Source: Candidatus Zhuqueibacterota bacterium (GTDB lineage Bacteria > BS750m-G25). Taken from it: a stretch of DNA of 64,000 bases. Numbering within the stretch: position 1 is the first letter of the stretch; each line of letters opens with the position of its first letter. The DNA is taken from NCBI GenBank assembly GCA_016783505.1, contig JADHWK010000001.1, forward strand, positions 124,001 through 188,000, written 5' to 3'. Below, one piece after another: positions 45,748 to 55,059 of this stretch. The notes under the pieces were generated by a model. It did no database searches and had not been told where the DNA came from. It worked only from the letters and a program-made list of their open reading frames with translations. The position numbers were made by a program, and so were the translations under genes.

Positions 45748-47393
45748 TATTTCAACAACACTATTTTTTGGACCCTCATGTAGGGTCCGACATCAAACCG
45801 GACCCAGTAAATTCCAGAGGGAAGCCCATCTCCATCCCACCTTACCCGGTAGTCGCCCCTACCCTGAACGCCATCAACTAGGGTAGCCACCCCTTCTCCG
45901 AGAAGATTATAAACCTTCAGGCTAACCCGGCCCATCCGGGGCAGGCGGTAGCGTAGGGTAGTGAAGACATTAAAGGGATTGGGGAAACTGGGAAACAGGC
46001 AATAGGCTTCAGGATGTTCCCCTAATTCTTCCAGCACAACCCCCACCGAATGATCAATCACCAGGGGACCGCTGTAGGCGCTGCTGTCCTGGACATCATC
46101 GTCCCAGATGAGCCCGTAGATGTAATACCGGAACCCGTGGGGAAGTGACGCGGTATTCCAGACAAAAGAGTCCTGCTCATCATCCTCGTAGATTACGCCC
46201 GCCTGTTCCAGGTAGGTCCCGTCGTAACCGATAGAATCGGCATCATAAAACAGGATGATCTGAGCGTTGTCGTCCGGGTCCTCATCAACCCACCTGATGG
46301 TGTATTCCATATTAGTGGTATCCCCAGTAGCGGGCGGGGAAATAATCTGTAGCGATGGGGGACATTCTGGCATCCAGAAAAATTCATCTTCATTGTTTAC
46401 CTCATAGGTCTCCTGAACCTCATCAAACACATCCAGGACCCATAACACAAAATGGGAATCTGGGGTAACGATCCATAGGGAGTCCAACCGGGTAAGGTAA
46501 GTTGAATCCCCCCAAGCGGTGCGGCGTTCACTGAGCATAAGAGAATCATCCAAAAAACCCTGGAGGGTAAAGGTGTCCGTCTCCCCGATCCCCAGACAGC
46601 CCCATCTAAATCCTATATAGACCGAATCCCCGACCAGGGGGTAGGCCACCTGCTGGGAGTCCTCATCAATAAAGACGATGTTTAGGGCCCAGAGGTCCAT
46701 CAGTCCGTCGTCCCGGGCCAGCCTCACGTCGTCCACAAACGCCCCACAGGGGTGATCGGCGGCTATGTTATTACCGTCGCTCTGGAAATGAAAGGCGATA
46801 TACACGTAGTTATTTCCGGGGCCGGTGAAGTTAAGGGAATCGGGACCCACCGCCGTTAAGTCCTGGACGATCTGCTGCCAGATAACCGAGGGCTGACCGC
46901 TCAGCTCCCCGGCGATCTGAAAGACGCTCGGGGGGCCAGAGGCTGTGCCCAGTCCCACCAGCCAGCGGAAAAAATCGTGGTTCACCTCGGTATTGATCCA
47001 ATACCAGAAAGAGTAGAAAGCAGCTTCGGTGGTGCTTAAGTCAACAGGACCATAGATCATGAAGGTATTGCAGTTATTGGGATAGTCGTCAAATACGGGA
47101 TCAAGGGGAAGCTGACCAAACCCGGGCGAGGCCACGCACCAGGCGGCCTGAATCCCCGCCCCGGGGTTATAATGACACAGATAATCCTGTATCCCCCAGT
47201 GGTGGGTGTAGAGGGGGGAAACCCGCCATTGGTCATAGAGAGGAGGCCAGTTCATCGGGTCATCCACCTCGAAATCCATCGTCATCAGCGTCTGCCAGGT
47301 GGCATAAAGGGGATCCGTTTCACCTAATAGTAAACAGAAAGCCACCAGAATAGCGGGTAAAAAGGTCTTGACTAAGCGGGATGGTTTTATCAT
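45747..47393 (-). CDS. Secreted jelly-roll/CARDB/Ig protein with sorting domain, inside the pil operon
   Basis: Signal peptide, GAFVDDV, DEVQETYEVNN (CARDB-like), SFPNPFN...KIVLLK; its stop overlaps the next ATG (TAATG at 45745-45749). Confidence 0.85.
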   Translation of the reverse strand: MIKPSRLVKTFLPAILVAFCLLLGETDPLYATWQTLMTMDFEVDDPMNWPPLYDQWRVSPLYTHHWGIQDYLCHYNPGAGIQAAWCVASPGFGQLPLDPVFDDYPNNCNTFMIYGPVDLSTTEAAFYSFWYWINTEVNHDFFRWLVGLGTASGPPSVFQIAGELSGQPSVIWQQIVQDLTAVGPDSLNFTGPGNNYVYIAFHFQSDGNNIAADHPCGAFVDDVRLARDDGLMDLWALNIVFIDEDSQQVAYPLVGDSVYIGFRWGCLGIGETDTFTLQGFLDDSLMLSERRTAWGDSTYLTRLDSLWIVTPDSHFVLWVLDVFDEVQETYEVNNEDEFFWMPECPPSLQIISPPATGDTTNMEYTIRWVDEDPDDNAQIILFYDADSIGYDGTYLEQAGVIYEDDEQDSFVWNTASLPHGFRYYIYGLIWDDDVQDSSAYSGPLVIDHSVGVVLEELGEHPEAYCLFPSFPNPFNVFTTLRYRLPRMGRVSLKVYNLLGEGVATLVDGVQGRGDYRVRWDGDGLPSGIYWVRFDVGPYMRVQKIVLLK

Positions 47394-47439
47394 TGTTGAT
47401 CCAATATCAGCAGGTCACATTGATGCTAAGAAAATTATA

Positions 47440-47571
47440 AATTGCCAAAATTGCCTTAGGTTCAAAAATTTCAAAAATTTTTCCAAATTAGTTTGATTTC
47501 TTAAAAGTTCTGTATGTTCATCTTTCAAAAATAATTTTTGAAATTTAGGCAATCTTTGAAATTTTTGAAAT
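47440..47571. repeat. 9-bp periodic inverted array
   Basis: aattgccaa aattgcctt aggttcaaa aatttcaaa ... tttgaaatt taggcaatc tttgaaatt tttgaaatt, abutting the pilO stop. Confidence 0.8.
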
Positions 47572-48126
47572 TTACCGATGTTTGATCAATGTCAGGGTGG
47601 AGATGGCCATCTCCATCACGTGGTGGTCTAGCTTTCCAGGTTCACGATCCCGGTCCGACCTCTCCACCGAATTGTCCACCTCAAATTCCTCCACCGTAAT
47701 CAGCCGTTCCGACTTCTCCAGCCGATTGACGAACTGGCCGAACTGCCTGAAGGAACATTTAATCTTCAATTCATAGGGGGTCTTCACGTATCCTTTGAAG
47801 TTAATCTTTGGTTTGGGCTCCAGGGCCAGCAGGGTAATGCCCAGCTGGTCCATGATAGAAGTCAGTGAGGTCAAAAACGGCATTGAGGCGTCTTCAGCCA
47901 GGATGTCCTGGGCCGATAATGCTAAATTGCGTTCGATCAACTTGGCTACCTGATCCAACTGCTGGGCCAGGATCTGGGCGCTGATCAGCTTTTCCGTACG
48001 CGCTTTGATCTGAAAGTTCAACCGCCGGATCTCCTCAGGCTTGGGGGCATAGGCGGTGCGGTAGAAAACCCAAGAACCCAGCCCAAATATCACCAATAAA
48101 ATGAGGAAAATTATATTACGCTTCAT
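47572..48126 (-). CDS. pilO: Type IV pilus assembly protein PilO
   Basis: TM plus coiled coil plus CSFRQFGQFVNRLEKSERLITV; start MKRN at 48126. Confidence 0.8.
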   Translation of the reverse strand: MKRNIIFLILLVIFGLGSWVFYRTAYAPKPEEIRRLNFQIKARTEKLISAQILAQQLDQVAKLIERNLALSAQDILAEDASMPFLTSLTSIMDQLGITLLALEPKPKINFKGYVKTPYELKIKCSFRQFGQFVNRLEKSERLITVEEFEVDNSVERSDRDREPGKLDHHVMEMAISTLTLIKHR

Positions 48127-48165
48127 AAAAAGTACCTTACGCTCAACACCGAATGATACTGAAAT

Positions 48166-48225
48166 AATTGCTAATCGCTGATTGCTAATTGCTGCTGGAG
48201 CCAAGGTTTCAACAATCAACAATTT
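48166..48225. repeat. 7-bp periodic inverted array
   Basis: aattgctaat cgctgat tgctaat tgctgct ... aacaatc aacaatt. Confidence 0.65.
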
Positions 48226-48295
48226 ATTTAGTAGTTTTTCGCCACGGCGAACCTTCGGTCAGTGTTGAATTCCCGGATTTAGGTTTAAGCTCGTT

Positions 48296-48913
48296 CTACG
48301 TTTTCCCACTCACGGCCTGGGGGGACCTTGACCTAGTCTGTCCAGATTTCCTGACATAACAGATGATGGACAGCGAGAGAATCCTCTGATCCCCCACCTT
48401 AATCCGCTGGACTTGGTCGAACTTGATGTCCTCAAAGTCACGAAAGAAGTCGGGGTTAGAGCGTAATCTGTCTATAAGTTGCTTCACTTTGTCAAACTCC
48501 TTCTCCCCTTTTTTTATGGGGGCGATGCCCTTGATAATAAGGTTCTTATGCCGGTATTCCAGTCCGGTCAGGGCCATATCCGGGGGAAGCTCCCTGGCTA
48601 AGGCCTTAAGCTTCTTTGTCCACAGAATGCGTTTATTCTCCAGCTCCGCCAGGGCCAGAACGTCCTGTTTGGAGACATCCCGAGTAGTCTGCTTAAGCTC
48701 GTCTATCTTGCGATTGATCTCGGCCAGTTTTTCCTTTTTCTCCTGAATGATGCGGTTGAGCTGGCCGTAGATCCGGATTTGAAAGCCAGCCATGATAACC
48801 ATCAACCCAATTATCGCCCCGAAGATGATTTTATCACGTCGCCTTCGCCAGCGGATGGCCCGGAGGGCGGTATGGTCTATCTTATTAAGGTTAATCCGAA
48901 ACGCCTTCACCAT
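48296..48913 (-). CDS. pilN: Type IV pilus assembly protein PilN
   Basis: RINL PilM-binding motif, TM segment, coiled coil, LPPDMALTGL. Confidence 0.85.
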   Translation of the reverse strand: MVKAFRINLNKIDHTALRAIRWRRRRDKIIFGAIIGLMVIMAGFQIRIYGQLNRIIQEKKEKLAEINRKIDELKQTTRDVSKQDVLALAELENKRILWTKKLKALARELPPDMALTGLEYRHKNLIIKGIAPIKKGEKEFDKVKQLIDRLRSNPDFFRDFEDIKFDQVQRIKVGDQRILSLSIICYVRKSGQTRSRSPQAVSGKT

Positions 48914-48916
48914 AAT

Positions 48917-49981
48917 TCAGTCCCCCCGCAATGCTAACCCCACTGCCAGGGCCAGTTGGGCGGGATGATCGGGTTCCTCGCAGCCCAGGTCCAACTGGTC
49001 GGTGGGGTTATAGATTTCCACCGGAATGTTAAATTTGTCCTCGAAGAAGGAATCCAGCCCCCCGATGACCGCTGACCCCCCGGTCAGGTAGATGCGCTGG
49101 ATATGGCTCTGGCCAGTCTCCTTTACGTAATACCGTAAGGAACGGTTCACCTCAGCAGCTAAACTATCCTGGGACGATCGTTCCGCCACCCGCAGCGCTT
49201 CTCCCCCCCCGCCCTTCAGCTCTTCAGTGTCGGGATTACCTGAGGAGGACACCTTCAGTTTTTCCGCCTCGGGATAACTTATATTCAAACGCTTGCTGAT
49301 CTCCTGGGTGAAGTGATACCCCCCAACCCCGATGTCCCTGGCGAAAAAAAGATCCTTACGGCCCAGGATAACCAAATTGGTCTTCATGGTGCCGATATTC
49401 AGGAACACCAGCACCCCTTCGTCGGGGGGTTCCGTGTTGACAATAAAAGAATTGGCTATCCCAAGGGGGTCCACGTCCACCATCCCCGGCCTCAGGCCCA
49501 CCTCCTTTAATAAGTTCATATGGTTCTCGAAGTGTCTCCGGGTGGTAGCCACCATCAGCACCTTGATCCTATTCAGCTCATCGGGGTCGTCCCCCAAAAT
49601 CTGGTAGTCAATGATGCTCTCCGAACCGTCGAGCGGGAGGTGCTTGCGGGCCTCCATGAACAGGGCCGAATCCAGCTCCTCGGGGTCCAGCCGCAGGGTT
49701 TTGATCTCCTTAACGCTCACCAGGGACCCCCCCACCGAGGAGATGAGGTGCTTTACCTTGCGGGGGTTGATGTCCAGATGGTCCAGCATACCGAACAGCA
49801 GGGGCACCACTACCCCCCGCTTAGGCCCATCCACGTCGAATGGGGTGTCGTCCCCATAAAGCGGCCGGCAGAGCCAGTCCATCATTCGGAACCGATTTCC
49901 AACCCTCTCTAAAAGGACGATTTTTATGGAATGGGTTCCGATGTCCAGGCCGATACGCTGATTGGATTTATGACCGAACAT
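48917..49981 (-). CDS. pilM: Type IV pilus assembly protein PilM
   Basis: IGLDIGTHSIK, RSLRYY, IYLTGGS and LAVGLALR motifs. Confidence 0.95.
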   Translation of the reverse strand: MFGHKSNQRIGLDIGTHSIKIVLLERVGNRFRMMDWLCRPLYGDDTPFDVDGPKRGVVVPLLFGMLDHLDINPRKVKHLISSVGGSLVSVKEIKTLRLDPEELDSALFMEARKHLPLDGSESIIDYQILGDDPDELNRIKVLMVATTRRHFENHMNLLKEVGLRPGMVDVDPLGIANSFIVNTEPPDEGVLVFLNIGTMKTNLVILGRKDLFFARDIGVGGYHFTQEISKRLNISYPEAEKLKVSSSGNPDTEELKGGGGEALRVAERSSQDSLAAEVNRSLRYYVKETGQSHIQRIYLTGGSAVIGGLDSFFEDKFNIPVEIYNPTDQLDLGCEEPDHPAQLALAVGLALRGD

Positions 49982-50017
49982 GGATCAAGGAAACAAAAAA
50001 ACCAAAATTTGAAAGGA

Positions 50018-50335
50018 TGTTATTTAACGTCTCGTCCCGAATATTCGGGATAAGAATTGACTTCAAAAATATTAAGTTACGTTAAGCGGTTATCGGTTGT
50101 CCCGATCCCGAAACTTCGGGACGGGATATCGTCATGCGGTTTTCGGTTATCGTATTGACATTTAACAGGTCAATCAAGAAAATAAGGGGGAGGACGAGAC
50201 ATTAACCGCAACCATACCACGAATAACGATTCGATCCCGAAGCTTCGGGAAACCGCAACCGTTTGCCGTAGCCGAACATCTCAGAAATTCCCCAAGCCCC
50301 GGGGTTGATATGTAGCCCCGAAGGGGCTAAGTTCT
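50018..50335. repeat. Copy 2 of the ~125-bp element, expanded by a ~200-bp nested inverted array
   Basis: Ends match 5842-5966. The insert (about 50076-50272) carries GCGGTT/TCGGTT versus AACCGC/AACGA arrays, each arm holding a TCCCGA palindrome. Confidence 0.8.
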
Positions 50336-50369
50336 TTTGAGTTGACAGCCTTACGGCTGTCACTCCATT

Positions 50370-51914
50370 TTAGCGCAGTGGCGGGCTCTCCCACCGCACG
50401 ATCTTAAACTGGGCCCTTCCCCCCTCGCCCCCGATTACGGGCATCAGGGGAGGCGGATTGTAGATGAACCGTTTGTCGTATTTATAATTCTTAGAATAAC
50501 CAGTACCATACGGCCCACATGGGCTGGGTGGTGAGGTGTGACCCCGGTGAACATAGCCCCGGTATTTTTGGGTGACAGCACCTACCAGATAAATCCTCCC
50601 CCTCTCATCCCGAACACAGTTAGGATTATCCTGATTCTCAAAGGTGAAAGACCCAAAGAAGGTGTTTTCCATTGATGGATCGCCGAACATGGTTGAACTG
50701 GAATCACCGAGGGCAATGAGGGCGGCGGTAATTCGAATGTTCGCATAACGATCGTTGTTGGTGGGATAACGTCCGTTGCTATCGTTGGCACCATTTGCGG
50801 GTGTATCGCCGATAACAATATAGGACTCAGAAATAATACCCAGCGAACTTCTTGAACCTTGGGCGACCGTGTGAGTAGCATAGTTATAATCACCACTATA
50901 GACCACATCATCAATGAGCCGAATGTAGCCCTCAGCCCCTATGGCTAAGCGACCGTTTAACACCCCCGACAGCTCCAGAGGCCCTCCCTCTACAAAGATG
51001 CCCCTATCTTGGGGAATGGCGAAGGTTCCGAGGCCGATCCAATCCGGAGTCCCCAAATCCCTTTTCCAGACCTGATAACCACCCCCCGAAAGCCGAATGC
51101 GATGGATTTTACCCCTCCCGTCAAAAGTAACAGCGGCGTTTAACCGTAATCGCTCTGCGGTAAGGTCAAAGGGGATGGGCTGTTTATTTCCATGGAAACA
51201 ATCATCCTGAAGCGCCTGACAATCTCCCATCCATAAGGGCGAACCATATCCCCCGAAACTAGCCGCTGTTGAGTAAACATGAGAATGAAATTGCGGGCTT
51301 CCCTGAAGGTGGATTTGCTCATTGGACCAAACCTTCCACCACAGGATGTCGGGTGGATTTACATAGGAAGAAAAACGGATGGGGTAGCCCTGTCCTAACA
51401 CTAAATTGTATTCATGATCGGTAAAGTACAAATAATCGGTATAATAGCCATGAAGCATGGTCACTAAGGTGGCTTCCCGGCGGACAGTAACCCGCTCTCC
51501 TTTATAATTTTCATACCTTACCTCACCCATTGCCACAATATTATACACGTTCCGATAGTCATTTTCGGAAGTATCGGCATAGGTAGGGACCACCCATACA
51601 TCCCTGTATCTACCCTTTTTATAATCCCCCACTTTATGAAAGTTCTCCCCTCCCTGGGGAACCCGAGCCCCGGGAAGGTTCCCAGTCCCCCGGCCTTCCA
51701 GCCACATATACCCCCGCTCCACGATCCCGGTCTCGGCCAGATATTGGGCCTGGGCCGCCGCCTTCAGGTATTCGAACTCGGCACGTTCGTCAACCGCCCA
51801 TTTGAGATAGGCCAGGCCGGAGATGGTCATGATCAATACGATGAAAACAGAGATGACCAGAATATGCCCATTCTCGTCCTGCCGGGCCCGGATTTTTTCC
51901 ATCAGTCCCTTCAC
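50370..51914 (-). CDS. Large PilX-like minor pilin
   Basis: G|HILVIS class III signal lacking Glu5, AQYLAETGI, and C-terminal GYSKNYKYDKRF...PP. Confidence 0.75.
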   Translation of the reverse strand: MKGLMEKIRARQDENGHILVISVFIVLIMTISGLAYLKWAVDERAEFEYLKAAAQAQYLAETGIVERGYMWLEGRGTGNLPGARVPQGGENFHKVGDYKKGRYRDVWVVPTYADTSENDYRNVYNIVAMGEVRYENYKGERVTVRREATLVTMLHGYYTDYLYFTDHEYNLVLGQGYPIRFSSYVNPPDILWWKVWSNEQIHLQGSPQFHSHVYSTAASFGGYGSPLWMGDCQALQDDCFHGNKQPIPFDLTAERLRLNAAVTFDGRGKIHRIRLSGGGYQVWKRDLGTPDWIGLGTFAIPQDRGIFVEGGPLELSGVLNGRLAIGAEGYIRLIDDVVYSGDYNYATHTVAQGSRSSLGIISESYIVIGDTPANGANDSNGRYPTNNDRYANIRITAALIALGDSSSTMFGDPSMENTFFGSFTFENQDNPNCVRDERGRIYLVGAVTQKYRGYVHRGHTSPPSPCGPYGTGYSKNYKYDKRFIYNPPPLMPVIGGEGGRAQFKIVRWESPPLR

Positions 51915-52504
51915 GGCGTTTCCTCCTCCTCGCTACCAAGGTATTGATTGCGAAGGTAAATTGTGGTCCGAAAGGTCTGCTCCTTCTGGAATTCGTTCCC
52001 GGGATTATCTGGATCCTCCCGAGAATATCTCAACCTTAGGGTCACCAGCACCACCGCGTTGTTTAATAAATCGGGGTCGTGGAGACGACTGCTGAGTTGG
52101 AATTGTAGATCTTGTACCTCAAATGACTCCCCTTCTTTCAATTGCCGTCTCGATGGAGGAAAGGTCTTATCCAGGGGTTCGCCATTCCGAAGAATCCCCT
52201 TGTCGCGCTTGGCCCGATAGCTGATCTCCCGCAAATGTCCCCGAGCATCCCTCACCCAAGCGGTGAGGGCGGAAAAGCCGTCCCTGGAGGTGATGTTTAC
52301 GTCCCGGGCATCCCTCAGATCCCGGACTATCTGCTCGAGGAAATCATTGCCGTATTGGTTCATGAGCCGCACCGACCAGCTCCGGTCCAGATGCTCAACG
52401 AAGGCCAGCATGGGGATCATAAGCCCGGCCATAACGATGCTGGCCAACACCACCGAGAGCAAAGCTTCAATGAAGGTAAAGCCTTTACTTCCTAAATATT
52501 TCAT
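51911..52504 (-). CDS. PilW-like minor pilin
   Basis: KG|FTFIEALL, IVRDLRDA and C-terminal IYLRN. Confidence 0.8.
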   Translation of the reverse strand: MKYLGSKGFTFIEALLSVVLASIVMAGLMIPMLAFVEHLDRSWSVRLMNQYGNDFLEQIVRDLRDARDVNITSRDGFSALTAWVRDARGHLREISYRAKRDKGILRNGEPLDKTFPPSRRQLKEGESFEVQDLQFQLSSRLHDPDLLNNAVVLVTLRLRYSREDPDNPGNEFQKEQTFRTTIYLRNQYLGSEEEETP

Positions 52505-52527
52505 TGTTCCCCTAGCCAGGAAAGTAC

Positions 52528-52636
52528 GTAAATTAGCTTTGGGAGTAACGCCCGCAAGGGCGTCATCTAATTTAATTGAGGACCCCGATTTTTCTGGGGC
52601 ACTCCCTTTACTTCTAAATCAACTTTTTCCATTTAC
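52528..52636. repeat. Intergenic multi-hairpin element
   Basis: GGAGT/ACTCC encloses ACGCCCGCAAGGGCGT and CCCCGATTTTTCTGGGG; outer GTAAAT/ATTTAC. Confidence 0.5.
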
Positions 52637-52686
52637 ATCGCATTGGAGTTTATTTGAAACGGCATTAGGATCTCCGGGCCCTCAAA

Positions 52687-53202
52687 TTAATCCCCCTCCT
52701 GGGGGGCCTCATAGGGGATGACCCGGGTGGTAAGGGTGATCCTTTCCATCTGGTCCCTCTCAGCACCGAGCTCGTGCCACTCGATCCATATTCTGAGGGA
52801 ATAATAGTCAAACTCATCGGGGTCGGCAGGGCCGTTCAGGGGGCTGTCCACCTGTTCGATGCGGCCGTAGTAGAGCTTCCCTTTGACGTCATCCTGGGAT
52901 CCCGGCCCCCGCTCATCAATCACCACCTCCTGACCCCGCTGGCTTCCCTGAAGCTCCCTTCGGGAAACCTCGGTGGTGTTCAACCGTCCCTGCCAGTATT
53001 CCATCTCCTGCTTCAGGATGGCTAAGGCCGCCTTGCGCCGGTATTCCCTCTCCAGGAAGGCATGGCCGTAGGACATGCTCAGGGTTACCGCCACCGCCGC
53101 AATCATGATCAGCACCACGGCGATCACCACCTCCACAAAGGTGATTCCCCCGTGCTGGGATTTAAGGAATTTTTTCAACCTCAAATTAAGGCAATCACCC
53201 AT
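52687..53202 (-). CDS. PilV-like minor pilin
   Basis: GG|ITFVEVVIAVVL class III signal. Confidence 0.8.
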   Translation of the reverse strand: MGDCLNLRLKKFLKSQHGGITFVEVVIAVVLIMIAAVAVTLSMSYGHAFLEREYRRKAALAILKQEMEYWQGRLNTTEVSRRELQGSQRGQEVVIDERGPGSQDDVKGKLYYGRIEQVDSPLNGPADPDEFDYYSLRIWIEWHELGAERDQMERITLTTRVIPYEAPQEGD

Positions 53203-53228
53203 TATTTAATCCTCACGAAACTCTCTGG

Positions 53229-53311
53229 GATTCTTCAGAATGACCACATTAAGAAATGTCATTCTGACACCGAGTATTTCCCGAAGGGACCTTGGGGCGG
53301 GGGAAGAATCT
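53229..53311. repeat. AGAATGAC/GTCATTCT...GAAGAATCT element abutting the pilT stop
   Basis: Same end motifs as 30330-30410 and 22892-22980. Confidence 0.7.
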
Positions 53312-54375
53312 CATCTCCCCAGATCCACCTGAAACAGCCTGGGATTATCGGCCACCTGGGCAGCCACGGCCCGCTCGATCTTGCCCTGGTGGACCAGCCG
53401 CTGCAGGTCCTGGTCTAAGGTCTGCATGCCCGACTTGGCCCCGGCCTGGATGACCGACGGGATCTGAAAGATTTTATCCTCGCGTATCAGATTGCGGACG
53501 GCGACATTGGCGATCATAATCTCGCAGGCGGGGACCCGACCGTTCCCACCCTTTAAGGGCAGAAGCTTTTGGGCAATAACCGCTACTAAGGATTCCGACA
53601 GCATGGAGCGCACCTGGGCCTTCTGGTTCACGGGGAAGATGTCAATGATGCGGTCCACGGCCTTGGCCGAGGAGGCGGTGTGCAGGGTAGCCAATACCAG
53701 ATGACCGGTCTCCGCCGCTGTTAACGCCAAGGCAACGGTCTCCAGGTCCCGCATCTCCCCCACCAGGATGACGTCCGGGTCCTCCCGCAGCGCCGCCCTC
53801 AGGGCGTTGGCGAAGGAATGGGTATGGGCCCCAAGCTCCCGCTGGTTGATGAGACAGTTCTTGCTCTTATGGAAATATTCCACCGGGTCCTCGATAGTGA
53901 TAATATGCAGCTCCTTGTATTCGTTAATATAGTCTATCATCGCCGCCAGGGTGGTGGATTTGCCGCATCCGGTGGGCCCGGTGAGCAGGATTAAACCCCG
54001 ATCCTTCAAGGAAAAATCTTTGAAGATCTCTGATGGCAGGCCCAGTTCGTCGAAGGAGCGAATCCGGTCAGGGATGGTGCGGAAGGCGGCCGCCAGGCCC
54101 TTCATCTGGTAGAAGATGTTCACCCGAAAGCGGGCCACACCGTCCACCTGTTTGGAAAAGTCCACCTCCTTGTTTTTTTCAAACCGCTTTCGCTGGTCCT
54201 CGTTCATCACCGAGTAGGCCAGTTCCTTCATCTCATCGGAGGTAAGGACGGACAGATTCAGCTTCTGAATCCTACCGCTTACCCGCACCATGGGAACTGA
54301 TCCTGCCGAGAGGTGGAGGTCGGAGGCGTCGGCCTCAGCGGCAAACGTCAAAAGCTCCTCAATTTTCAAGGGCAT
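53311..54375 (-). CDS. pilT: Type IV pilus retraction ATPase
   Basis: ASDLHL, GPTGCGKS, ALREDPD, AETGHLV and AVRNLIRE (AIRNLIRE-type). Confidence 0.97.
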   Translation of the reverse strand: MPLKIEELLTFAAEADASDLHLSAGSVPMVRVSGRIQKLNLSVLTSDEMKELAYSVMNEDQRKRFEKNKEVDFSKQVDGVARFRVNIFYQMKGLAAAFRTIPDRIRSFDELGLPSEIFKDFSLKDRGLILLTGPTGCGKSTTLAAMIDYINEYKELHIITIEDPVEYFHKSKNCLINQRELGAHTHSFANALRAALREDPDVILVGEMRDLETVALALTAAETGHLVLATLHTASSAKAVDRIIDIFPVNQKAQVRSMLSESLVAVIAQKLLPLKGGNGRVPACEIMIANVAVRNLIREDKIFQIPSVIQAGAKSGMQTLDQDLQRLVHQGKIERAVAAQVADNPRLFQVDLGR

Positions 54376-54392
54376 TCTCCATAAGTATTTGA

Positions 54393-54827
54393 TTACCGCT
54401 CCGCGCCCTCGGGCGGCAGACCGTAGCCGTAGAATCTACCCTCCGACAGATCATATCGGACCTGCTGGCCCGCCCCCCCCCTCATCTCATCGGTGCTGGT
54501 CGCCTGGATGGAACCCGTTCTCAGGTCGTCTGCGATGGCGTTTAGCTGGAAGATCCATTTGCGCTGGGTGGCATCATCAATGGTCAGAATACCAAATTCT
54601 TCCAGCTCCTCCACATCGGCCGGGGCTCTGCCGTACTGTTGTCGGTACATCTTGACCCCATTAAAAATAGCCCCCATGGTGGACTGGGCATCGGCGGCCC
54701 GAGCCCCTTCCACATAATCTAAGTAAATGGGCACCGAGATAGCCGCCAGGATAGCCACGATCACCACCACTACCAGCACCTCAACCAGTGTAAAACCCTG
54801 CTGGCGTTCAGAATTCTTGACTATCAT
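54393..54827 (-). CDS. pilA: Type IVa pilin, probable major pilin
   Basis: QQG|FTLVEVLVVVVIVAILAAISVPIY; GGAGGT RBS; first gene of the cluster. Confidence 0.85.
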   Translation of the reverse strand: MIVKNSERQQGFTLVEVLVVVVIVAILAAISVPIYLDYVEGARAADAQSTMGAIFNGVKMYRQQYGRAPADVEELEEFGILTIDDATQRKWIFQLNAIADDLRTGSIQATSTDEMRGGAGQQVRYDLSEGRFYGYGLPPEGAER

Positions 54828-54863
54828 ATATACCTCCAATTAAATTTAAACTATAACTTATTA

Positions 54864-54891
54864 AATATAAGGATTTTTTCACAAAAATCAA
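54864..54891 (-). promoter_or_regulatory. Putative pilin promoter
   Basis: TTGATT-N16-TATATT on the minus strand. Confidence 0.4.
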
Positions 54892-55059
54892 GTAAAAAGG
54901 AGAGCGGATTTGAACATATAAACCCGTTTTCCCACAACTATTGCTTCAAGGTTGCACATTGAAACATTAAAGACACCTTTTTCAGTCAGGCGCCTGACTG
55001 ATGGAATTTGGAATTTATCCTTACCTCTGAAACTGAATTACTCCGAAATTTGCCAGATA

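Noticed and set aside
47440-47571. Periodic arrays and dispersed palindromes as a CRISPR array
   Set aside because: There are no identical 23-47 bp repeats with regular unique spacers, and no cas genes
36268-54827. Calling the cluster a plain type II secretion system
   Set aside because: PilT with the AIRNLIRE-type motif and PilM/N/O indicate a retractile type IVa pilus; a secretion role remains only a hypothesis
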